Shown: one piece after another, positions 32,401-47,320 of the stretch
How positions within the stretch are numbered: the first letter of the stretch is position 1
How the letters are laid out: the number at the start of each line of letters is the position of its first letter
NCBI GenBank assembly: GCA_965237955.1
Contig: OZ250169.1
Coordinates: forward strand, 32,001-96,000
Direction of reading: 5' to 3'
DNA: 64,000 nucleotides
From: Candidatus Marinacidobacterales bacterium
Lineage (GTDB): Bacteria > Acidobacteriota > Vicinamibacteria > Marinacidobacterales > SMYC01
Position numbers and translations under genes: made by a program
The notes under the pieces: generated by a model
Database searches by the model: none
Seen by the model: the letters and a program-made list of their open reading frames with translations, nothing else
Told to the model about the DNA's origin: nothing

Positions 32401-32727
32401 TGACCGCGAAGCTGAGCGAGATCGAGAAAAAGATGACTCGAGGTCCAGTCGGCTTCCAAGATAGTGGAGGCTCCATCACACCCATGCTGGACAGCCAGTT
32501 GGTACTGCTGTATGTCTACGTCGACGGCGGGAGCGTACGCGCGCTTCAACGATCTGAAGCCCAAGGTGGCGGAGCTGATGGGGAAGCTCCAGGAGGTGAT
32601 CTCGACCGATCTCGCCGCCTTCAACGAGAAGGTGCGCGCGCAGAACGTGCCGCCGGTGGTCGTTGCCCCGGCGGCCTCGACCACCACGGAGCAAAGCGAT
32701 GGCTCGTCCACGTTCACCAAGCGCTAG
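29493..32727 (+). pseudogene. VPS10/BNR protein copy B, frameshifted (~30285, ~31830, ~32525)
   Basis: Highly similar to 10645..13902 and split across three or more frames. Confidence 0.85.
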
Positions 32728-33803
32728 TTCGAAGCAAAACCGATGAAAAAGGAACAAATGAATGCTGTCACAGTTCCACGGTTAAAACCCTGACCATTGT
32801 CACGCATCCGCCATTAGTTCATGACTACTGACTTGGCAGAATCGCCAGTTTTTCTTGCCGGGACTTGCTCATAAATTCATCAAATTTTGTGTAGAACTCA
32901 TCAATGGACATACCAATATTCTTCTCAAAGGAGCTCTTCCATCCAAGCTTGGGCAAATCCTGGAAAAAGTCTTTATAAAATGCGTCATAACCGGCTTGAT
33001 GGACAATCCATGCTATGGCCCAGGAACCAGTCTTATACAGCAGGGTGCTTTCGGTCTCTTTACCGGCTCTTTCTCTAATCTGGTCCAGGTTCAGATCTTG
33101 CGATTCTGACAGAAAAAAATCCGGATTGCTTACGCGGAAGGATTCGATTGTGGTCATCCTTTTATCCATCTCGTTTGTAAAGTCCTTGATCCCAGATTGA
33201 CTGCCTACCCAGCCTTTCTTGCCCGCGATATACCAGCTCAGGTAGTCAGCCGACTCTTCCGCTATCCACCTGGGTCCTGGCCGCATGGGGTCGGTAGCCT
33301 CAAGAGACGAATGCCTTGAACGGGTACCCGGACCAAAGTGGGATATCCATTTTCTCAAATAGAAAGAGTCTTGGTACGCGTGGGTGTACTCGTGTAATCC
33401 AGTCCGCCGGAGCTCGGAGCTGTTCTTCCCACGCGCGTGCGGACTGACGAACGTTATCTGCTTGACCGGCGTGTCCGCGTCGCGTGCCGTGGAGAGACCT
33501 GCTCCAGAAATCCCGTTTGCCGCGTTTGAAATCAGTTGCCCGTTGTGGCTAACGCACAGACCAATCTGGGGTTCAAAGTCCTCTGGGTATCTTGAATTGA
33601 CCTTATTCTTGCAAAAGACTCTGACCAGGTCCTCAACCGATTCTGCGTCAGGGCCTAAAATAAAGATATTCAGTGGGCCATAGTTGCCCAGAATATTTCT
33701 GCCTTCATTAATGCCATCTTTTATGGCATTGACCGTGGCTTGATAATAGCTATCATCGTAGTCGGTAATGTAATAGGTCGGCTCATCACTGATCTCATGG
33801 TTC

Positions 33804-36669
<2,866 letters not shown>

Positions 36670-37246
36670 GTTCCAGCTGAGGGTTTCGGAAAATGGAATT
36701 ATGTTGGGTATTCTTGAGACATTGACCGCGTTGCCATTGGCGTCTTCTCCGGTCACGATTATGTTCATTTTGTCGGAGTAACCCCACACTTCGGGGGTGC
36801 AGGCAATTTCAAGCGTGCCATTTGCCGGCAAAGTCCCGCCCTCGTATATGACTGTCGCGACTAATGTGGTTCCCTCCAGAAACTCCAGCTCGACTGTCTT
36901 CACCGTAACCTGCACTCCGCTATGCTCAGAGAGGACCACATTGAATTCCGACCACAAATAGCGGACGACAGGCTCCCAGAGCAACACGAGTGGGTCGGCA
37001 GAAACTTCTATCATCACCTGAGCCTTAGGCTGTGCAAGCTCAGGCGCTCCCAGCGTGATTTTAGCGCCATATGTGAAGAACAGGAACGGGCAGACCAAAA
37101 AAACCAGCAGTAGTTTTTTTCTCATAGCATCGTCTCCTTATTGAAAAATTTTGCCTCCTCCTCTGTTGATGGAAGGGTGTCAGATCAAGTCGTGGCTAGC
37201 TCAGTTTAAAATCCTGACCATTGTCACGCACGCGCTCAGTTCATGA

Positions 37247-38671
37247 CTACTGACTTGGCAGAATCGCCAGTTTTTCTTGCCGGGACTTGCTCATGAATTC
37301 ATCAAATTTTGTGTAGAACTCATCAACGGACATACCAATATTCTTCTCAAAGGAGCTCTTCCATCCAATCTTGGGCAAATCCTGGTAAAAGTCTTTATAC
37401 AATGCGTCATAACCGGCTTGATGGACAATCCACGCTATGGCCCAGGAACCAGCCTTATACAGTAGGGTACCTGCTTCATCGACTCTTTCTTTAACCTGGT
37501 CGTGGGTCAAATCTTGCGATTCTGACAGAAAAAAATCCGGATTGCTTGCGCGGAAGGATTCGATTTGGGTCATCCTTTTATCCATCTCATTTGTGAAGTC
37601 CTGTATCCCAGATTGACTGCCTACCCAGCCTTTCTTGCCCGCGATATACCAGCTCAAGTAGTCAGCCGACCCTTCCATTATCCAAGTGGGTCCTGGCCGC
37701 ATGGGGTCGGTAGCCTCGAGAGACGAATGCTTTAAAGGGGTACCCGGACCAAAGTGGGAGATCCATTTTCTCAAATAGAAAGCGCTTTGGTACGCGTGGG
37801 TGTACTCGTGTAATCCAGTCCGCCGGAGCTCGGAGCTGTTCTTCCCACGCGCGTGCGGACTGACGAACGTTATCTGCTTGACCGGCGTGTCCGCGTCGCG
37901 TGCCGTGGAGAGACTTGCTTCAGAAATCCCGTTTGCCGCGTTTGAAATCAGATGCTCGTTGTGGCTAACGCACAGACCAATCTGGGTTTCAGAGTCCTCT
38001 GGGTACCTTGAACTGAACTTATTCTTGCAAAAGACTCTGACCAGGTCCTCAACCGATTCTGCGTCAGGGCCTAAAATGAAAACATTCAGTGGGCCATAGT
38101 TGCCCAGAATATTTCTGCCTTCATTAATGCCATCTTTTATGGCATTGACAGTGGCTTGATAATAGCTATCATCGTAGTCGGTAATGTAATAGGTCGGCTC
38201 ATCACTGATCTCATGGTTCCAGCTGAGGGTTTCGGAAAATGGAATTATGTTGGGTATTCTTGAGACATTGACGGCGTTGCCATTAGCGTCTTCTCCGGTC
38301 ACGATTATGTTCATTTTGTCGGAGTAACCCCACACTACGGGGGTGCAGGCAATTTCAAGCGTGCCATTTGCCGGCAAAGTCCCGCCCTCGTATATGACTG
38401 TCGCGACTAATGTGGTTCCCTCCAGAAACTCCAGCTCGACTGTCTTCACCGTAACCTGCACTCCGCTATGCTCAGAGAGGACCACATTGAATTCCGACCA
38501 CAAATAGCGGACGACAGGCTCCCAGAGCAACACGAGTGGGTCGGCAGAAACTTCTATCATCACCTGAGCCTTGGGCTCTGCAAGCTCAGGCGCTCCCAGC
38601 GTGATTTTAGCGCCATAAGTGAAGAACAGGAACGGGCAGACCAAAAAAACCAGCGGCATTTTTTTTCTCAT
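37247..38671 (-). CDS. Exported low-GC protein with gluzincin-like HEXXH...EG motif (putative zinc metallopeptidase), intact copy B
   Basis: Signal peptide; GLHEYTHAYQ followed by WIMEGSADY; RBS AAGGAG. Confidence 0.75.
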   Translation of the reverse strand: MRKKMPLVFLVCPFLFFTYGAKITLGAPELAEPKAQVMIEVSADPLVLLWEPVVRYLWSEFNVVLSEHSGVQVTVKTVELEFLEGTTLVATVIYEGGTLPANGTLEIACTPVVWGYSDKMNIIVTGEDANGNAVNVSRIPNIIPFSETLSWNHEISDEPTYYITDYDDSYYQATVNAIKDGINEGRNILGNYGPLNVFILGPDAESVEDLVRVFCKNKFSSRYPEDSETQIGLCVSHNEHLISNAANGISEASLSTARDADTPVKQITFVSPHARGKNSSELRRTGLHEYTHAYQSAFYLRKWISHFGPGTPLKHSSLEATDPMRPGPTWIMEGSADYLSWYIAGKKGWVGSQSGIQDFTNEMDKRMTQIESFRASNPDFFLSESQDLTHDQVKERVDEAGTLLYKAGSWAIAWIVHQAGYDALYKDFYQDLPKIGWKSSFEKNIGMSVDEFYTKFDEFMSKSRQEKLAILPSQ

Positions 38672-38909
38672 AGCATCGTCTCCTTAATTTGAAAAGTTTT
38701 TTGAATCCCTTGCCATGGAGCGAAGTGGGGTATTATTGCAAACAGTAGCAGTGTTCCTCCGGTATTCCGAAAAACGCCCCCTCAGGGAAAAAATCTTTAA
38801 GGCCTACATCAACCGCTGTAATAATAATGATGAGCTAATCCAAAAGGAAGTTACCAAATGAGAAAAATGAGCTTAAAAGCCTTTTTCATTCTGTTTCCCT
38901 CCATGGGTC

Positions 38910-40169
38910 TGATCTTGCTCCGGTTTCGTGGACATGTTTGCTAAGCAACTCGCTTCTCTTTCAGGAGTGTGCGTTCGAATTCGATCGGGCTGATGTTGCC
39001 GAGAGTCGAGTGGCGCCGCGTCGGGTTGTAGAAGTTGGCGATGTAGTCGACGGTGGCCCAGCGCGCTTGAGCGCGAGTAGGAAGAACCAGTCGATAGAGA
39101 GCCTCGGTCTTTAGCGTGCCGAAGAAGCTCTCGACAACGGCGTTATCCCAGCAGTCACCTTTGCCGCTCATGCTGCACTCGATTCCGTGGCGTCGCAAGA
39201 ACTCTCGATACTCTCGGCTCGCGTACTGCACACCACGATCCGAATGGTGAATCATTCCGCGCGGCGGTCTTCGATAACGCACGGCCATTTGAAGCGCGGA
39301 GATAGCGAGGTCTGTCCGAAGGTGACTCGCCGTCGCCCAACCGATCACACGTCTCGAGAATAGGTCGATGACCACGGCCAAGTACAACCAGCCTTCCCAC
39401 GTGCGGATGTAGGTAATGTCCGCGGCCCAGGTTTCGTTGGGTGTCTTGGGAAAGAACTGCCGCTGCACGAGATTGGGAGCCACGGGTCGCAAATGCGAAG
39501 AATCCGTCGTCTTCCGAAAACGTTTCGGGAGACGTGCGCACAGCCCGCTTTCTCTCATCAAACGAGCCACGCGCCGACGTCCAACGGACTCGCCATCTGC
39601 TCGGAGCTCGTCGACCATGCGAGGGCTCCCGTACACCTCACGGTTTGCCCGGAAGGACGATACGACTTTCGCAGACAAGCGTCGGTCTTCGAGCGCGCGA
39701 CGACTCGGTTTCCGCTTCAGCCACGCGTAGAAACCGCTTCGCGATACTTCGAGTTGACGGCACATCCACGAGACATTGAACTCGAGGCGTTGAGCAACGA
39801 TCGCCGCAAACTTCATTTCTTCACGCTCGCGAAGTACGCCGCCGTTTTTTTTAGGAAATCTCGCTCCATCCGAAGATCGCGCACTTCTTTTCGTAGGCTT
39901 CGCAGCTCTTCAAGTTCTTCGCTTGTCAGCGTGCCAGGCCCGCCCTCACCACGGTCGATTCTGTCCTGTCTCACCCAAGCATACAGAGACGTCTCCGTCA
40001 CATCGATATCCCGCGCTAGCTCGCTCACCGGCTTACCCGTCTCGCGCACCAGGCGAACCGCCTCGGCTCTGAACTCCTTCGTGAATTGACGACGCTTCTT
40101 TTTCTCTGCCATTTGAACACCCATATATATCTCCGTTCGTTAGGTGTCCACTGAAGCGAAGCAAGTCCA
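38910..40169 (-). mobile_element. IS3-family element; orfA 39813..~40112, orfB 38941..39816
   Basis: IRs TGATCTTGCTCCGGTTTCGTGGACA / TGGACTTGCTTCGCTTCAGTGGACA; 3-bp TSD GTC; WAADITY, HSDRG and CWDNAVVESFF motifs. Confidence 0.95.
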
Positions 40170-42859
40170 GTCTTATTTCCATATTCTTAACAGCGAGCGC
40201 ATGCGCGCCGCGAGATCACCGGGACAAGAACCCAAGACAGAAACTTCTCATGGACGAAGGCTGGCGTTTCTACCGGGGAAGGATAGAGGGATTCACTCCC
40301 TTGCCTCGGGGAAAGACCATAGAGAAGTGGCGCTGGAAGATGAGCAAGGAGAAAGAGATGGCGGCGCCCGGGCTCGATATCCCCGGTTGGGAGGAGACGG
40401 AGGAGGGCAGCGGCGCGTTCTTCTTCAGCGGGAGGATCGGTGAGGCGGAAAAGATGGCGGCGCCCGGGCTCGATATCTCCGCTTGGGAGGAGACGGAGCC
40501 GGGTAGCGATGTGTTTGAGGGCAGGGAGGGTCTTGCCTGGTTTCGCGCGGAGCTCGGAGCATCGCCGACCGGATGGTCTCGGCTTTATTTTCAATCCGTG
40601 GGCGACAACGCGACCATTTACGTCAACGGGAAGAGGCTCCTCTACCACGAGGGAGCTGACGATCCGTTCGAGGTCACTCTGGGCTCCGCCTGGAACAGGG
40701 GTGGGCCGAACGAGCTGGCGGTGCTGGTGCACAACACCGGGGGCCGCGGCGGCATTGACGGTGCGGTCCTGTATAACAGGCCGGCCCTGTGGGAAGACGA
40801 CGAGAAGATGCGGTCGGTGAAGACGGCGTCCGTCGACTTCGACGACAGCGGCTGGGAAGAAGTCCGCGTTCCCCACGACTTCGTGGTGGGGGGCGAGTTC
40901 GACCCCAAGGGGGCGGACAAGCCCCATGGTAAAAGGCCCGGCGGCTTCCAGCTCTGGTACGACAGGGACCATGGTTACAAGCCCAAGGGCGTCGGCTGGT
41001 ACCGCCGCGGCTTCGAGCTCCCGGCCGCGGACAAGGGCAAGCGGATTTGGCTTCAGTTCGACGGCGTTTACAGGAACAGCGACGTCTGGGTAAACGGTCA
41101 CTGGCTCGGTCACTACTGGAGTGGCTACACGGGCTTTTATTACGACATCACCGACGCGGCGAACTTCGGCGGGAAGAATGTGGTGACGGTGCGTGCCGAC
41201 GCGGACTGGGATGAGGGCTGGTGGTATGAGGGCGGAGGCATCTACCGCCACGTCTGGCTGACGAAGATCGACCCCCTGCACGTCGGTCACTGGGGGACCT
41301 TCGTCACCACGCCGGAGGTCACGAACGAGCTGGCTGAGGTCAACATCAAGACGACGGTGGTCAACGACGGCGCGGAGTCGATGGAGTGCACGCTCACGAG
41401 CACGATTACCGACATAGAAGGCAACTCGGTAGTGACGTCCGAGGCGGAGCAGAATATCCCAGCGGGTCAGGAGTACGAATTCAGCCAGGACGTGACGAAT
41501 GACTTCGCAGGAGTGGGCGTCGCCCTGCCGGACAGGATCAACGTTTACAAGATAGAAAAGCTCAAGGAGATGGGTGCCAACGCCTACCGCGCTGCGCACA
41601 ACCCGCCGACCGTGGAGGTACTGGAAGCGTGCGACCGCTTGGGGATGCTGGTGATGAATGAGAACCGCCACCTGGGTGATTCGGAGGAGGTGCTGGCCAC
41701 CGTGGAAAGCTTGGTGCGGCGCGACAGGAACCACCCCAGCATCGTCCTCTGGAGCATGTACAACGGGGGGTTGGGGCGGCGGCGCGTCGAGGAGGCACGC
41801 AAACGGGTGCAGGCGGTGTATGACGTAATCAAGCGGCTGGACCCCTACCGACCCACCACCGGGCCCGTGGGACCACTCGGAGGCGCGCGCTCGCCTGATG
41901 AGATTGATTTATTAGAAGGTCTCTTAACCTTGATGGACGTCATCGATGTCAGGGGTTTCAACCCGGATACTTACGGCGAATACCATGCTGAGAATCCGGA
42001 GCGCCCGATGGTCGCCCTCGAGACCGCCTATGCTAAGACGACGCGCGGGGTCTATGACGAGGACGCAAAGAAAGGCCATCGCAGCTGCTACAACCCCAGG
42101 GCCGAAGCGGACCTGGCGCATGGTGGCCGAGTCTGATTACGTGGCGGGCGGATTCGTCTGGAATGGCATGGACTATCGCGGCGAGCCGTATCCCCATGAC
42201 TGGCCAGCGATCAACGCACAATACGGCTTCATGGACACCTGCGCTTTTCCCAAGGACGACTATTACTACTACAAGTCGAGCTGGAGCGGCGAGACCGTCC
42301 TTCACCTATTCCCTCACTGGAACTGGGCCGACAGAGAGGAGAGCGATAGGATAATCGACGTCCGGTCCTACACCAACTGCGAGAGCGTCGAGCTGTTTCT
42401 CAACGGCGAGAGCAGGGGACGGCAGGACAGGCAGCCGTACTCGAGCCTGTCGTGGAAGGTCGAGTGGGAGCCGGGAGTGCTTACGGCGAAGTGCTTCCAG
42501 GACGGAGAGGTCGTCGCCGAGACCAGGCGCGAGACGACGGGGGAGCCGGCCGGGGATCCGTCCCGCTTCCCGTGGAAATAAGAATGGCGTAACCTCCGGT
42601 TAAACAAAACGAAACCGCGCCTGGAAAGGCGAGGAGGAGGATTACGCCATGAAGAAGCCTACCACCATATCGAAGGAGTCTGTAAGCGAGTACCGGGAGT
42701 TCGTCCAACTTCGGCTGCGTAAGCGGGTACTGGAGGCAATCGAGGTCGTGCTCGAGGAAGAAGTCAACCAAGCGCTGGGGTGTGGTAGCTACGAGCGTGC
42801 GGAAGACCGCCGTGGATATCGCAACGGAGCCGAAACCCGTCGCGTGACTGCGTATTCCG

Positions 42860-43005
42860 GGGCATCGTGAACGCAGATTCCAGCCGAAGGTGAACATCCA
42901 TTCCAAAGCATCGTGAACACGGATTCCGGGGATCGTGAACATCGATTCCGGGGAAGGTGAACACGGATTCCAGGCAACGTGAACGCCGGTTCCGGCATCG
43001 CGAAC
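42860..43005 (+). repeat. Tandem ~22-bp IS21 terminal repeats (GTGAAC..GATTCC), 6-7 units
   Basis: Directly visible repeat units, with inverted degenerate copies at 45700-45790. Confidence 0.85.
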
Positions 43006-43068
43006 GCTCATCGATAGCACGTTTCAAGGCAACTCTAGGTCGTACCCGGAAGGAGGACGATCTAGGAA

Positions 43069-44625
43069 ATGGCAGCTAAGAGGTTATCGATGAGAAAAAC
43101 ACGAGAGGTTCTAAGGTTAAAGTACGAGCTGGGTTTTACTCACCGCATGATCGCAAAGGCACTTCGCGTGGCGGTTGGAACGGTGAGTGAGTACCTGGCC
43201 AAGGCGAAGAAGGGTGGTCTGAGCTGGCCGCTCCCGGAGGAGCTGAGCGACGGGGAGCTGGAGGCAGGGCTGTTTCCGCCGCCGGGCTCGTCTGGCGCAC
43301 GGCCGGGTCTGGACTATGCCCACATCCACGAGGAGCTGAGGCGTCACCGAGAGCTGACGTTGCTGCAGCTGTGGGTGGAGTACGCGGAGAATAAGCCGGG
43401 AGCGTACGGCTACAGCCGTTATTGCGAGCTGTACGGTCAGTGGAAGAAGAAGCTGAACCCGACGATGCGTCAACGGCATCGAGCAGGCGAGAAGACATTC
43501 GTCGATTTTTCGGGGAAGAAGCCTCACATCGTCGATCCGAAAACGGGAGAGCTCGTCGAAATGGAGCTGTTCGTCGGGACGTTGGGCGCGAGCAGTTACA
43601 CCTACGTCGAAGCGACACTGAACCAGTCGCTGGAATCGTGGGCGAAGGCCCATAAGGGGATGTCGGATTACTTCGGTGGCAGTACGGAGATCTGGGTTCC
43701 GGACAACTTGAAGAGCGGCGTGGATTTGGTGGACCGTTACGAGCCAGGGATCAACCGGACGTACGAAGAGCTGGCGACGCATTACGGTGCGGTTGTGGTC
43801 CCGGCTCGGGTGTTCAAGCCGAAAGACAAAGCGAAGGTGGAGTCGGCAGTGCAGGTGGCGCAGCGCTGGATCCTGGCGGTGCTTCGTCATCGCACGTTCT
43901 TCAGCCTGGCGGAACTGAACGAAGCCATCTGGGAGAAGTTAGAGGTCCTGAATGCGCGTCCGATGCAGAAGCTCGGTGTGAGTCGGCGGGAGTTGTACGA
44001 AAGGCTAGACCGGCCCGTACTGAAACCGCTACCGCAGGAGAGCTACGAGTTATCGACGTGGAAGCGGTGCAGAGTGAACATCGACTACCACGTGGAGGTG
44101 GAGAACAACTTGTACAGCGTTCCCTATCAGCTCATTCACGAGAAAGTCGAGGCACGGGTGACGGCCTCGGTGGTGGAGGTCCTGTTCAAGGGAAAGCGCG
44201 TCGCGTCGCATCCCCGCAAGAAAGGAAAGGGGCACTACTCCACGAACCCGGAGCATATGCCACGTTCGCATCGGGAGCACCTGGAGTGGACGCCGTCGCG
44301 GCTGCTCCACTGGGCGGAGCAGTCAGGTCGCGCCACGGGAAGGCTGGTTGCGGGGATTCTAGAGAGTCGGCCTCACCCGGAGCAGGGATTTCGCTCTTGC
44401 CTGGGAGTCATGCGACTAGGCAGCCGCTGGGGCAGTGAGCGTCTCGAGGCCGCTTGCGCACGAGCGGAAGCTTTGAGCTCTTACAGCTATCGCACGGTGA
44501 AAAACATTCTCTCGGCTGGTCTGGATCGTGTGGTGCTCGAATCGGACGCCGAAGCGAAACCGCGAGAGGAGCACGAGAACATCCGAGGCGCGGATCACTA
44601 CGAAGGAGGAGAGTCCCGATGCTGA
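43069..44625 (+). CDS. istA: IS21 transposase IstA
   Basis: HTH N-terminus; FVDFSG, VPDNLK and PKDKAKVE motifs. Confidence 0.95.
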   Translation: MAAKRLSMRKTREVLRLKYELGFTHRMIAKALRVAVGTVSEYLAKAKKGGLSWPLPEELSDGELEAGLFPPPGSSGARPGLDYAHIHEELRRHRELTLLQLWVEYAENKPGAYGYSRYCELYGQWKKKLNPTMRQRHRAGEKTFVDFSGKKPHIVDPKTGELVEMELFVGTLGASSYTYVEATLNQSLESWAKAHKGMSDYFGGSTEIWVPDNLKSGVDLVDRYEPGINRTYEELATHYGAVVVPARVFKPKDKAKVESAVQVAQRWILAVLRHRTFFSLAELNEAIWEKLEVLNARPMQKLGVSRRELYERLDRPVLKPLPQESYELSTWKRCRVNIDYHVEVENNLYSVPYQLIHEKVEARVTASVVEVLFKGKRVASHPRKKGKGHYSTNPEHMPRSHREHLEWTPSRLLHWAEQSGRATGRLVAGILESRPHPEQGFRSCLGVMRLGSRWGSERLEAACARAEALSSYSYRTVKNILSAGLDRVVLESDAEAKPREEHENIRGADHYEGGESRC

Positions 44626-45377
44626 CACCCGAAACGATAGAAAAGATGAACGCCATGAAGTTGTTCGGCTTGGTGTCCGCGTTCGAAACCCAGTTGAGCT
44701 CGAGCGAATACAAGGAGCTGAGCTTCGAGGAACGTGTGGGACTCCTGGTCGATGCCGAGTGGACCGCCCGCGAACAGCGTAAGCTTTCTCGACGACTGCG
44801 AGCGGCAAAGCTCCGCTATCCGGCATGTTTGGAGAACGTGAACTTCCAAGCGCCTCGAGGCTTAAACCGCGAACAGATCTTGAGCCTGGGCAACTGCCGC
44901 TTTGTCGGTGAGCGCCATAACCTGCTCATCACCGGCCCGACGGGGATTGGCAAATCGTTCTTGGCTTGCGCCTTCGTGGAGCGGGCCTGTCGTCGCGGCT
45001 TCACCGGATGCTACGTGCGAGCACCGCGCTTGCTCCACGAGCTCGCGGTCGCTCGTGGTGATGGTTCCTACGCCCGGCTTTTGACGAAACTCGCCAAGCT
45101 GGACTTACTGGCTATCGATGACTGGCTGCTTCACTCGCTGAAAGAATCGGAGAGACGGGATCTAATGGAGGTCATCGAAGACCGCGCCGAGCGTGGCTCC
45201 ACACTCATCGCGACCCAGATTCCGCTCAAGCAGTGGCACGAAGCGATTGGCGACCCAAACCAGGCAGACGCTATCTGCGATCGCATTCTCCACAGCGCGC
45301 ACCGCATCACTCTCAAAGGAGCTTCTCTGAGAAAGACCAAGGCTGCGCCAAAGGCATTTGACAACGCCGATGCATGA
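44619..45377 (+). CDS. istB: IS21 helper ATPase IstB
   Basis: Walker A GPTGIGKS, Walker B LLAIDD, DAICDR. Confidence 0.95.
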   Translation: MLTPETIEKMNAMKLFGLVSAFETQLSSSEYKELSFEERVGLLVDAEWTAREQRKLSRRLRAAKLRYPACLENVNFQAPRGLNREQILSLGNCRFVGERHNLLITGPTGIGKSFLACAFVERACRRGFTGCYVRAPRLLHELAVARGDGSYARLLTKLAKLDLLAIDDWLLHSLKESERRDLMEVIEDRAERGSTLIATQIPLKQWHEAIGDPNQADAICDRILHSAHRITLKGASLRKTKAAPKAFDNADA

Positions 45378-47231
45378 GCGAGCGAGGGACCACAGCGTCG
45401 ATGCGATAAAAACGGGTGAAACCGCCAAACCCGGGGTACCAGACGATGCGGCGCCAAAACGACGCGCGAGAATGCCTCAGGAAGCGTCTTCTCGAGCCAG
45501 GCCATACCCCAGCAACCCCCCGAAACCAGCCCCACATCGCCCGGGGTTCGGCCGCGGCAGGTCGCTGCCTACGGGAGCGGGAAGGTCGCTTCGCGTCTTT
45601 CCTTACGCCCGCTCCCTCCGGCACCGACCTGCCGCCCCTTGCTACACAACACGCAGGTAAGATAGGTTCACGTTTTCAATCAGTGGGAAGGAGGTCACCC
45701 AACACTTCATCGCTTCGATGAGCGTTCGGCTTCACCGGATTCGCTGTTCAGCTTGCTCTGGATTCGGCGTTCACGATGGCTGGAATACGCACGTGACGAC
45801 GTCGGTGGGAACTCGCGAGCTCCGGGTGCCACGAGCCCGCGTGCGAGACGAGGAAACGGGAGAAACGACAGAGTTCAGGAGCGAGCTGTTGCCCCGGTAC
45901 GCGCGCCGGACTCGTGAGGTCGACGAGGCGATCTTGGGGACGTACTTCTCGGGCGCGAATAGCCGCCGGATCCGCAAAGCGCTGAAACCACTGCTCGGTG
46001 AGGAGCACCTATCGAAGAGCGCGGTGTCTCGCGTGGTTAGCCGGCTGAAGGAGCGCTTCGAGGAATGGCAGAACCGTGCTCTCAGCGAGGAGGTCTACGC
46101 GATCGTTTACCTGGACGGCTTCCACCTGAAAGTGCGGATGGCGAAACGTGTGATCAGCGTACCCGTACTGGTCGCGCTCGGGGTCGCGCCAGACGGGCAG
46201 AAACGTCTGTTGTCATTGCGTCTGGCGGTGAGCGAAGCCTCGACGCATTGGGGCTCCGTGCTGGAGGGACTCCAGGCTCGAGGACTCCGGGCTCCCAAGC
46301 TAGTGATCAGCGACGGCCACAAGGGGCTGACGAAAGCGCTGGAGAAGTGGCCGGGGTGCCGGTTGCAGCGATGTACCGAGCACAAGCGCGCCAACTTGCT
46401 CGAACATTGCCCGGCGCACGCACGCCGTGAGCTCCGGCGTGACTACAACCGGATCGTTCTACGCCAAGAACGGGATCGATGCTCGCAAAGCCTATGACGA
46501 GCTCGTCGCCAAGTGGACGCCTCTCGCGCCAGCCGTCGTCCGAAGCCTAGAGGAGGCCGGTAATCAGCTGCTGACCTTCTACGAATTCCCTCGTGCCATG
46601 TGGAAATCGATTCGAACGACCAATGCTCTGGAGAATCTCAACCGCGAGTTTCGACGCCGGACGAAAACCCAAGCGTCGTTCTCCAGCGAGGAGTCCGCGG
46701 TCGCTTTGCTGTTTGGGCTTATCGCCTCTGGCCAGATTCAACTACGACGCATCGACGGCTACCAACGTCTGAGCGAGGTTCTCGAACACACGGAGGTTGC
46801 CGCCTGATATGATACTCTGATGACGGAGTGGAGGGCGCCGTTCTTTTTCCACGGACCTCGGGACACATCCCCGGCCGGCATCACGCTCGAGTCCGATCGC
46901 TCGAGCATTAACGCGGACGGAGAAGATGTTTCCCTCGTAAGGGTCTCGATCCTCGACGCGCAGGGTCGGCTGGACCGACCGCCGGGAACGAGGTGCAATT
47001 CACGGTGGAGGGCCCCGGGGAGATCATCGGCGTGGGCAACGGCAACCCGTCGAGCCACGAGCCGGACAAGGCGGACAAGCGAAGCGCGTTCAACGGCCTG
47101 GCCATGGTCATCATCCAGGCGGCGAAGAAGCCGGGCGTGATCAAGCTGACCGCGGAGTCTCCGCGCCTGGAGAAGGCCGTCGTTGAGATAACGGTGGTAA
47201 GGGCCGCGATGCGACCGAGAGTACAGTGAAT

Positions 47232-47266
47232 AAAAGAACCGGGGCGCCACTAGTGGCGCCCCGGTT
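47232..47266 (-). terminator. Terminator of TBDR copy 2 (convergent with the GH2 gene)
   Basis: AAAAGAACCGGGGCGCCACTAGTGGCGCCCCGGTT. Confidence 0.85.
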
Positions 47267-47320
47267 TGTGTCGTCCTTCGAGACCTAGAGGTTTACGTCT
47301 TCTTTACCTCCCAACCCTTG

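Larger units (their letters stand above)
42849..45791 (+). mobile_element. IS21-family element
   Basis: Ends TGCGTATTCC...GGAATACGCA; 6-bp TSD CGTGAC; terminal ~22-bp repeat arrays; istA and istB present. Confidence 0.95.
42554..46870 (+). mobile_element. IS256-family element interrupted by IS21
   Basis: IRs GGATCCGTCCCG...GTGGAAA / GGATGTGTCCCG...GTGGAAA; 8-bp TSD CCGGCCGG; transposase halves 42649..42848 and 45798..46807 (RNG, YLDG, ISDG, TTNALE). Confidence 0.92.
38858..47229 (+). pseudogene. GH2 beta-galactosidase-like lipoprotein, interrupted by IS3 and by IS256(::IS21), with an internal deletion and frameshifts
   Basis: Removing the IS3 restores MRKMSLK...LTASAC...KLLMDEGWRF. Motifs FDGVY, WWYEGGGIYR, RDRNHPSIVLWS, DYRGEP. 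Removing the IS256 restores EPAGITLESD. Confidence 0.88.

Noticed and set aside
28234-32727. Duplicates as pure assembly artefacts
   Set aside because: The copies differ by many clustered codon changes and have different flanks. Individual 1-bp frameshifts may still be sequencing errors.
32770-32830. Integron attC sites at the ends of duplicated genes
   Set aside because: There is no convincing RYYYAAC...GTTRRRY inverted pair, no shared site across units and no IntI gene.
40187-41734. Long antisense ORFs (e.g. 515 aa here; also 54738..55823 and 15152..16054)
   Set aside because: These are shadows of GC-rich coding genes on the opposite strand, with no motifs or RBS.
42860-43005. Regular ~22-bp repeats resembling a CRISPR array
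   Set aside because: There are no unique spacers and no cas genes. The repeats lie just inside the IS21 end and mirror the other end, as expected for IstA binding sites.
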